Shown: in pieces, positions 1 to 11,000 of the stretch
How positions within the stretch are numbered: the stretch's first letter is position 1
How the letters are laid out: each line of letters starts with the position of its first letter
NCBI GenBank assembly: GCA_964016885.1
Contig: OZ024742.1
Coordinates: 369,892,001-369,956,000, forward strand
DNA from: Eledone cirrhosa
Taxonomy: Eukaryota
Direction of reading: 5' to 3'
DNA length: 64,000 nucleotides
Position numbers and translations under genes: made by a program
Notes under the pieces: generated by a model
Told to the model about the DNA's origin: nothing
Seen by the model: the letters and a program-made list of their open reading frames with translations, nothing else
The model's database searches: none

Positions 1-87
1 TGACATTGGTTAGACAGACCTTGTCTCACAATAGACAGGTCAAGACATCCACTGTACAACATCTTATTGTCTGGGTTGACATGGGTT

Positions 88-115
88 AGACAGATCCTGT
101 CTCACAATAGACAGG
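88..115. other. Intra-monomer inverted repeats (example copy; present in most monomers)
   Basis: CCTGTCT (96-102) pairs with AGACAGG (109-115) around the loop CACAAT. Alternatively AGACAG (88-93) pairs with CTGTCT (97-102) around ATC. The symmetry is read directly from sequence; actual folding is not shown. Confidence 0.8.
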
Positions 116-3100
116 TCAAGACATCCACTGTACAACATCTTATTGTCTGGGTTGACATGGGTTAGACAGATCCTGTCTCACAATAGACAGGTCAAGACAT
201 CCACTGTACAACATCTTATTGTCTAGGTTGACATGGGTTAGACAGATCCAGTCTCACAATAGATAGGTCAAGACATCCACTGTACAACATCTTATTGTCT
301 AGGTTGACATGGGTTAGACAGATCCTGTCTCACAATAGACAGCTCAAGTCATCCACTGTACAACATCTTATTGTCTAGGTTGACATGGGTTAGACAGATC
401 CAGTCTCACAATAGATAGGTCAAGACATCCACTGTACAACATCTTATTGTCTATGTTGACATGGGTTAGACAGATCCTGTCTCACAATAGACAGGTCAAG
501 ACATCCACTGTACAACATCTTATTGTCTAGGTTGACATGGGTTAGACAGATCCAGTCTCACAATAGATAGGTCAAGACATCCACTGTACAACATCTTATT
601 GTCTAGGTTGACATGGGTTAGACAGATCGAGTCTCACAATAGATAGGTCAAGACATCCACTGTACATCTTATTGTCTAGGGTGACAAGGGTTAGACAGAT
701 CCAGTCTCACATCAGATAGGTCAAGACATCCACTGTACATCTTATTGTCTAGGTTGACATGGTTTAGACAGATCCTGTCTCACAATAGACAGGTCAAGAT
801 ATCCACTGTACATCTTATTGTCTATGTTGACATGGGTTAGACAGTTCCTGTCTCACAATAGATAGGTCAAGACATCCACTGTACAACATCTTATTATCTA
901 GGTTGACATGGGTTAGACAGATCCTGTCTCACAATAGATAGGTCAAGACATCCACTGTACATCTTATTGTCTAGGTTGACATGGGTTAGACAGATCCTGT
1001 CTCACAATAGACAGGTCAAGACATCCACTGTACAACATCTTATTGTCTAGGTTGACATGGGTTAGACAGATCCTGTCTCACAATAGATAGGTCAAGACAT
1101 CCACTGTACAACATCTTATTGTCTAGGTTGACATGGGTTAGACAGATCCTGTCTCACAATAGATAGGTCAAACATCCACTGTACATCTTATGTTCTAGGT
1201 TGACATGGGTTAGACAGTTCCTGTCTCACAATAGATAGGTCAAGACATCCACTGTACAACATCTTATTGTCTATGTTGACATGGGTTAGACAGATCCAGT
1301 CTCACAATAGATAGGTCAAGACATCCACTGTACATCTTATAGTCTAGGTTGACATGGGTTAGACAGATCCTGTCTCAAAATAGACAGGTCAAGACATCCA
1401 CTGTACATCTTATTGTCTAGGTTGACATGGGTTAGACAGATCCTGTCTCACAATAGACAGGTCAAGACATCCACTGTACAACATCTTATTGTCTAGGTTG
1501 ACATGGGTTAGACAGATCCTGTCTCACAATAGACAGTTTAAGACATCCACTGTACAGCATCTTATTGTCTAGGTTGACATGTGTTAGACACATCCTGTCT
1601 CACAATAGATAGCTCAAGACATCCACTGTACAACATCTTATTGTCTAGGGTGACATGGGTTAGACAGATCCTGTCTCACAATAGATAGGTCAAGACATCC
1701 ACTGTACATCTTATAGTCTAGGTTGACATGGGTTAGACAGATCCTGTCTCAAAATAGACAGGTCAAGACATCCACTGTACATCTTATTGTCTAGGTTGAC
1801 ATGGGTTAGACAGATCCTGTCTCACAATAGACAGGTCAAGACATCCACTGTACAACATCTTATTGTCTAGGTTGACATGGGTTAGACAGATCCTGTCTCA
1901 CAATAGACAGTTTAAGACATCCACTGTACAACATCTTATTGTCTAGGTTGACATGGGTTAGACAGATCCTGTCTCACAATAGATAGGTCAAGACATCCGC
2001 TGTACAACATCTTATTGTCTAGGTTGACATGGGTTAGACAGATCCTGACTCACAATAGATAGGTCAAGACATCCACTGTACAACATCTTATTGTCTAGGT
2101 TGACATGGGTTAGACAGATCCTGTCTCACAATAGACAGGTCAAGACATCCACTGTACATCTTATTGTCTAGGTTGACATGGGTTAGACAGATCCTGTCTC
2201 ACAATAGACAGGTTAAGACATCCACTGTACAACATCTTATTGTCTAGGTTGACATGGGTTAGACAGATCCTGTCTCACAATAGATAGATCAAGACATCCA
2301 CTGTACATCTTATTGTCTGGGTTGACATGGGTTAGACAGATCCTGTCTCACAATAGATAGGTCAAGACATCCACTGCACAACATCTTAGTGTCTAGGTTG
2401 ACATGGGTTAGACAGATCCTGTCTTACAATAAATAGGTCAAGACATCCACTGTACATCTTATTGTCTAGGTTGACATGGGTTAGACAGATCCTGTCTCAC
2501 AATAGACAGGTCAAGACATCCACTGTACAACATCTTATTGTCTAGGTTGACATGGGTTAGACAGATCCTGTCTCACAATAGATAGGTCAAGACATCCACT
2601 GTACAACATCTAATTGTCTAGGTTGACATGGGTTAGACAGATCCTGTCTCACAATAGACAGGTCAAGACATCCACTGTACAACATCTTATTGTCTAGGTT
2701 GACATGGGTTAGACAGATCCTGTCTCACAATAGACAGGTCAAGACATCCACTGTACAACATCTTATTGTCTAGGTTGACATGGGTTAGACAGATCCTGTC
2801 TCACAATAGATAGGTCCAGACATCCACTGTACAACATCTTATTGTCTAGGTTGACATGGGTTAGACAGATCCTGTCTCACAATAGACAGGTCAAGACATC
2901 CACTGTACAACATCTTATTGTCTAGGTTGACATGGGTTAGACAGATCCTGTCTCACAATAGATAGGTCAAGACATCCACTGTACATCTTATTGTCTAGGT
3001 TGACATGGGTTAGACAGATCCTGTCTCACAATAGACAGGTCAAGACATCCACTGTACAACATCTTATTGTCTAGGTTGACATGGGTTAGACAGATCGAGT

Positions 3101-5072
3101 CTCACAATAGATAGGTCAAGACATCCACTGTACAACATCTTATTGTCTAGGTTGACATGGGTTAGACAGATCCTGTCTCACAATAGACAGGTCAAGACAT
3201 CCACTGTACAACATCTTATTGTCTATGTTGACACGGGTTAGACATATCCTGTCTCACATTACACAGGTCAAGACATACACTGTACAACATCTTATTGTCT
3301 AGGTTGACATGGGTTAGACAGATCCTGTCTCACAATAGACAGGTCAAGACATCCACTGTACAACATCTTATTGTCTATGTTGACATGGGTTAGACAGATC
3401 CTGTCTCACAATAGACAGGTCAAGATATCCACTGTACAACATCTTATTGTCTAGGTTGACATGGGTTAGACAGATCCTGTCTCACAATAGATAGGTCAAG
3501 ACATCCACTGTACAACATCTTATTGTCTAGGTTGACATGGGTTAGACAGATCCTGTCTCACAATAGAGGTCAAGGCATCCACTGTACAACATCTTATAGT
3601 CTATGTTGACATGGGTTAGACAGATCCAGGCTCACAATAGATAGGTCAAGACATCCACTGTACAACATCTTATTGTCTAAGTTGGCATGGGTTAGACAGA
3701 TCCTGACTCACAATAGATAGGACAAGACATCCACTGTACAACATCTTATTGTCTAAGTTGACATTGGTTAGACAGACCTTGTCTCACAATAGACAGGTCA
3801 AGACATCCACTGTACAACATCTTATTGTCTGGGTTGACATGGGTTAGACAGATCCTGTCTCACAATGGACAGGTCAAGACATCCACTGTACAACATCTTA
3901 TTGTCTGGGTTGACATGGGTTAGACAGATCCTGTCTCACAATAGACAGGTCAAGACATCCACTGTACAACATCTTATTGTCTAGGTTGACATGGGTTAGA
4001 CAGATCCAGTCTCACAATAGATAGGTCAAGACATCCACTGTACAACATCTTATTGTCTAGGTTGACATGGGTTAGACAGATCCTGTCTCACAATAGACAG
4101 GTCAAGTCATCCACTGTACAACATCTTATTGTCTAGGTTGACATGGGTTAGACAGATCCATTCTCACAATAGATAGGTCAAGACATCCACTGTACAACAT
4201 CTCATTGTGTAGGTTGACATGGGTTAGACAGATCCAGTCTCACAATAGATAGGTCAAGACATCCACTGTAAAACATCTTATTGTCTAGGTTGGCATGGGT
4301 TAGACAGATCCAGTCTCACAATAGATAGGTCAAGACATCCACTATACAACATCTTATTGTCTAGGTTGACATGGGTTAGACAGATCCTGTCTCACAATAG
4401 ACAGGTCAAGACATCCACTGTACAACATCTTATTGTCTATGTTGACATGGGTTAGACAGATCCTGTCTCACAATAGACAGGTCAAGACATCCACTGTACA
4501 ACATCTTATTGTCTATGTTGACATGTGTTAGACAGATCCTGTCTCACAATAGACAGGTCAAGACATCCACTGTACAACATCTTGTTGTCTAGGTTGACAT
4601 GGGTTAGACAGATCCAGTCTCACAATAGATAGGTCAAGACATCCACTGTACAACATCTTATTGTCTAGGTTGACATGGGTTAGACAGATCGAGTCTCACA
4701 ATAGATAGGTCAAGACATCCACTGTAGAACATCTTATTGTCTAGGTTGGCATGGGTTAGACAGATCCAGTCTCACAATAGATAGGTCAAGACATCCACTA
4801 TACAACATCTCATTGTCTAGGTTGACATGGGTTAGACAGATCCTGTCTCACAATTGACAGGTCAAGACATCCACTGTACAACATCTTATTGTCTATGTTG
4901 ACATGGGTTAGACAGATCCTGTCTCACAATAGACAGGTCAAGACATCCACTGTACAACATCTTATTGTCTAGGTTGACATGGGTTAGACAGATCCTGTCC
5001 CACAATAGACAGGTCAAGACATCCACTGTACAACATCTTATTGTCTGGGTTGACATGGGTTAGACAGATCCT

Positions 5073-8000
5073 GTCTCACAACAGATAGGTCAAGACATCC
5101 ACTGTACATCTTATTGTCTAGGTTGACATGGTTTAGACAGATCCTGTCTCACAATAGACAGGTCAAGATATCCACTGTACATCTTATTGTCTATGTTGAC
5201 ATGGGTTAGACAGATCCTGTCTCACAATAGATAGGTCAAGACATCCACTGTACAACATCTTATTATCTAGGTTGACATGGGTTAGACAGATCCTGTCTCA
5301 CAATAGATAGGTCAAGACATCCACTGTACATCTTATTGTCTAGGTTGACATGGGTTAGACAGATCCTGTCTCACAATAGACAGGTCAAGACATCCACTGT
5401 ACAACATCTTATTGTCTAGGTTGACATGGGTTAGACAGATCCTGTCTCACAATAGATAGGTCAAGACATCCACTGTACAACATCTTATTGTCTAGGTTGA
5501 CATGGGTTAGACAGATCCTGTCTCACAATAGATAGGTCAAGACATCCACTGTACATCTTATTTTCTAGGTTGACATGGGTTAGACAGATCCTGTCTCACA
5601 ATAGATAGGTCAAGACATCCACTGTACAACATCTTATTGTCTAGGTTGACATGGGTTAGACAGATCCAGTCTCACAATAGATAGGTCAAGACATCCACTG
5701 TACATCTTATAGTCTAGGTTGACATGGGTTAGACAGATCCTGTCTCAAAATAGACAGGTCAAGACATCCACTGTACATCTTATTGTCTAGGTTGACATGG
5801 GTTAGACAGATCCTGTCTCACAATAGACAGGTCAAGACATACACTGTACAACATCTTATTGTCTAGGTTGACATGGGTTAGACAGATCCTGTCTCACAAT
5901 AGACAGTTTAAGACATCCACTGTACAACATCTTATTGTCTAGGTTGACATGGGTTAGACAGATCCTGTCTCACAATAGATAGCTCAAGACATCCACTGTA
6001 CAACATCTTATTGTCTAGGGTGACATGGGTTAGACAGATCCTGTCTCACAATAGATAGGTCAAGACATCCACTGTACATCTTATAGTCTAGGTTGACATG
6101 GGTTAGACAGATCCTGTCTCAAAATAGACAGGTCAAAACATCCACTGTACATCTTATTGTCTAGGTTGACATGGGTTAGACAGATCCTGTCTCACAATAG
6201 ACAGGTCAAGACATCCACTGTACAACATCTTATTGTCTAGGTTGACATGGGTTAGACAGATCCTGTCTCACAATAGACAGTTTAAGACATCCACTGTACA
6301 ACATCTTATTGTCTAGGTTGACATGGGTTAGACAGATCCTGTCTCACAATAGATAGGTCAAGACATCCACTGTACAACATCTTATTGTCTAGGTTGACAT
6401 GGGTTAGACAGATCCTGTCTCACAATAGACAGGTCAAGACATCCACTGTACATCTTATTGTCTAGGTTGACATGGGTTAGACAGATCCTGTCTCACAATA
6501 GACAGGTTAAGACATCCACTGTACAACATCTTATTGTCTAGGTTGACATGGGTTAGACAGATCCTGTCTCACAATAGATAGATCAAGACATCCACTGTAC
6601 AACATCTTATTGTCTAGGTTGACATGGGTTAGACAGATCCTGTCCCACAATAGACAGGTCAAGACATCCACTGTACAACATCTTATTGTCTGGGTTGACA
6701 TGGGTTAGACAGATCCTGTCTCACAATAGACAGGTCAAGACATCCACTGTACAACATCTTATTGTCTAGGTTGACATGGGTTAGACAGATCCAGTCTCAC
6801 AATAGATAGGTCAAGACATCCACTGTACATCTTATTGTCTATGTTGACATGGGTTAGACAGATCCTGTCTCACAATAGATAGGTCAAGACATCCACTGTA
6901 CAACATCTTATTATCTAGGTTGACATGGGTTAGACAGATCCTGTCTCACAATAGATAGGTCAAGACATCCACTGTACATCTTATTGTCTAGGTTGACATG
7001 GGTTAGACAGATCCTGTCTCACAATAGACAGGTCAAGACATCCACTGTACAACATCTTATTGTCTAGGTTGACATGGGTTAGACAGATCCTGTCTCACAA
7101 TAGATAGGTCAAGACATCCACTGTACAACATCTTATTGTCTAGGTTGACATGGGTTAGACAGATCCTGTCTCACAATAGATAGGTCAAGACATCCACTGT
7201 ACATCTTATTTTCTAGGTTGACATGGGTTAGACAGTTCCTGTCTCACAATAGATAGGTCAAGACATCCACTGTACAACATCTTATTGTCTAGGTTGACAT
7301 GGGTTAGACAGATCCAGTCTCACAATAGATAGGTCAAGACATCCACTGTACATCTTATAGTCTAGGTTGACATGGGTTAGACAGATCCTGTCTCAAAATA
7401 GACAGGTCAAGACATCCACTGTACATCTTATTGTCTAGGTTGACATGGGTTAGACAGATCCTGTCTCACAATAGACAGGTCAAGACATCCACTGTACAAC
7501 ATCTTATTGTCTAGGTTGACATGGGTTAGACAGATCCTGTCTCACAATAGACAGTTTAAGACATCCACTGTACAACATCTTATTGTCTAGGTTGACATGG
7601 GTTAGACAGATCCTGTCTCACAATAGATAGCTCAAGACATCCACTGTACAACATCTTATTGTCTAGGGTGACATGGGTTAGACAGATCCTGTCTCACAAT
7701 AGATAGGTCAAGACATCCACTGTACATCTTATAGTCTAGGTTGACATGGGTTAGACAGATCCTGTCTCAAAATAGACAGGTCAAGACATCCACTGTACAT
7801 CTTATTGTCTAGGTTGACATGGGTTAGACAGATCCTGTCTCACAATAGACAGGTCAAGACATCCACTGTACAACATCTTATTGTCTAAGTTGGCATGGGT
7901 TAGACAGAACCTGACTCACAATAGATAGGTCAAGACATCTACTGTACAACATCTTATTGTCTAAGTTGACATTGGTTAGACAGACCTTGTCTCACAATAG

Positions 8001-11000
8001 ACAGGTCAAGACATCCACTGTACAACATCTTATTGTCTGGGTTGACATGGGTTAGACAGATCCTGTCTCACAATAGACAGGTCAAGACATCCAGTGTACA
8101 ACATCTTATTGTCTGGGTTGACATGGGTTAGACAGATCCTGTCTCACAATAGACAGGTCAAGGCATCCACTGTACAACATCTTATTGTCTAGGTTGACAT
8201 GGGTTAGACAGATCCAGTCTCACAATAGATAGGTCAAGACATCCACTGTACAACATCTTATTGTCTAGGTTGACATGGGTTAGACAGATCCTGTCTCACA
8301 ATAGACAGGTCAAGTCATCCACTGTACAACATCTTATTGTCTAGGTTGACATGGGTTAGACAGATCCAGTCTCACAATAGATAGGTCAAGACATCCACTG
8401 TACAACATCTTATTGTCTATGTTGACATGGGTTAGACAGATCCTGTCTCACAATAGACAGGTCAAGACATCCACTGTACAACATCTTATTGTCTAGGTTG
8501 ACATGGGTTAGACAGATCCAGTCTCACAATAGATAGGTCAAGACATCCACTGTACAACATCTTATTGTCTAGGTTGACATGGGTTAGACAGATCGAGTCT
8601 CACAATAGATAGGTCAAGACATCCACTGTACATCTTATTGTCTAGGGTGACAAGGGTTAGACAGATCCAGTCTCACAACAGATAGGTCAAGACATCCACT
8701 GTACATCTTATTGTCTAGGTTGACATGGTTTAGACAGATCCTGTCTCACAGTAGACAGGTCAAGATATCCACTGTACATCTTATTGTCTATGTTGACATG
8801 GGTTAGACAGATCCTGTCTCACAATAGATAGGTCAAGACATCCACTGTACAACATCTTATTATCTAGGTTGACATGGGTTAGACAGATCCTGTCTCACAA
8901 TAGATAGGTCAAGACATCCCCTGTACATCTTATTGTCTAGGTTGACATGGGTTAGACAGATCCTGTCTCACAATAGACAGGTTAAGACATCCACTGTACA
9001 ATATCTTATTGTCTAGGTTGACATGGGTTAGACAGATTCTGTCTGACAATAGATAGATCAAGACATCCACTGTACAACATCTTATTGTCTAGGTTGACAT
9101 GGGTTAGACAGATCCTGTCCCACAATAGACAGGTCAAGACATCCACTGTACAACATCTTATTGTCTAGGTTGACATGGGTTAGACAGATCCAGTCTCACA
9201 ATAGATAGGTCAAGACATCCACTGTACATCTTATTGTCTATGTTGACATGGGTTAGACAGATCCTGTCTCACAATAGATAGGTCAAGACATCCACTGTAC
9301 AACATCTTATTATCTAGGTTGACATGGGTTAGACAGATCCTGTCTCACAATAGATAGGTCAAGACATCCACTGTACATCTTATTGTCTAGGTTGACATGG
9401 GTTAGACAGATCCTGTCTCACAATAGACAGGTCAAGACATCCACTGTACAACATCTTATTGTCTAGGTTGACATGGGTTAGACAGATCCTGTCTCACAAT
9501 AGATAGGTCAAGACATCCACTGTACAACATCTTATTGTCTAGGTTGACATGGGTTAGACAGATCCAGTCTCACAATAGATAGGTCAAGACATCCACTGTA
9601 CATCTTATTTTCTAGCTTGACATGGGTTAGACAGATCCTGTCTCACAATAGATAGGTCAAGACATCCACTGTACAACATCTTATTGTCTAGGTTGACATG
9701 GGTTAGACAGATCCAGTCTCACAATAGATAGGTCAAGACATCCACTGTACATCTTATAGTCTAGGTTGACATGGGTTAGACAGATCCTGTCTCAAAATAG
9801 ACAGGTCAAGACATCCACTGTACATCTTATTGTCTAGGTTGGCATGGGTTAGACAGATCCTGTCTCACAATAGACAGGTCAAGACATCCACTGTACAACA
9901 TCTTATTGTCTAGGTTGACATGGGTTAGACAGATCCTGTCTCACAATAGACAGTTTAAGACATCCACTGTACAACATCTTATTGTCTAGGTTGACATGGG
10001 TTAGACGGATCCTGTCTCACAATAGATAGCTCAAGACATCCACTGTACAACATCTTATTGTCTAGGGTGAGATGGGTTAGACAGATCCTGTCTCACAATA
10101 GATAGGTCAAGACATCCACTGTACATCTTATAGTCTAGGTTGACATGGGTTAGACAGATCCTGTCTCAAAATAGACAGGTCAAGACATCCACTGTACATC
10201 TTATTGTCTAGGTTGACATGGGTTAGACAGATCCTGTCTCACAATAGACAGGTCAAGACATCCACTGTACAACATCTTATTGTCTAAGTTGGCATGGGTT
10301 AGACAGAACCTGACTCACAATAGATAGGTCAAGACATCTACTGTACAACATCTTATTGTCTAAGTTGACATTGGTTAGACAGACCTTGTCTCACAATAGA
10401 CAGGTCAAGACATCCACTGTACAACATCTTATTGTCTGGGTTGGCATGGGTTAGACAGATCCTGTCTCACAATAGACAGGTCAAGACATCCACTGTACAA
10501 CATCTTATTGTCTGGGTTGACATGGGTTAGACAGATCCTGTCTCACAATAGACAGGTCAAGACATCCACTGTACAACATCTTATTGTCTAGGTTGACATG
10601 GGTTAGACAGATCCAGTCTCACAATAGATAGGTCAAGACATCCACTGTACAACATCTTATTGTCTAGGTTGACATGGGTTAGACAGATCCTGTCTCACAA
10701 TAGACAGGTCAAGTCATCCACTGAACAACATCTTATTGTCTAGGTTGACATGGGTTAGACAGATCCAGTCTCACAATAGATAGGTCAAGACATCCACTGT
10801 ACAACATCTTATTGTCTATGTTGACATGGGTTAGACAGATCCTGTCTCACAATAGACAGGTCAAGACATCCACTGTACAACATCTTATTGTCTAGGTTGA
10901 CATGGGTTAGACAGATCCAGTCTCACAATAGATAGGTCAAGACATCCACTGTACAACATCTTATTGTCTAGGTTGACATGGGTTAGACAGATCGAGTCTC

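Noticed and set aside
83-89. Telomeric repeat or G-quadruplex (GGGTTAG)
   Set aside because: There is only one 7-bp match per 76 bp and it is not tandem. G-runs are too sparse for a canonical G4.
76-108. Sigma70 promoter (perfect TTGACA)
   Set aside because: No -10 hexamer at 16-18 bp spacing (CACAAT is 21 bp away), no downstream gene, and the context is not prokaryote-like.
75-150. Tandem tRNA genes (76 nt matches tRNA length)
   Set aside because: No cloverleaf, no acceptor stem, no T-loop GTTCRA or B-box, and no spacers between units.
75-150. CpG absence as proof of methylation-driven decay
   Set aside because: The consensus lacks CpG but also lacks GpC, and a 76-bp unit is too small a sample to support the claim.
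214-230. Splice acceptor-like TCTTATTGTCTAG/G implying repeated micro-exons
   Set aside because: No convincing donor site or consistent reading frame, and no transcript evidence is available.
245-268. Coupling of the CCAGT and GATAG alleles as structural covariation
   Set aside because: The two positions do not pair with each other in the stem. Linkage by descent explains the pattern, and an exception occurs near 18408-18425.
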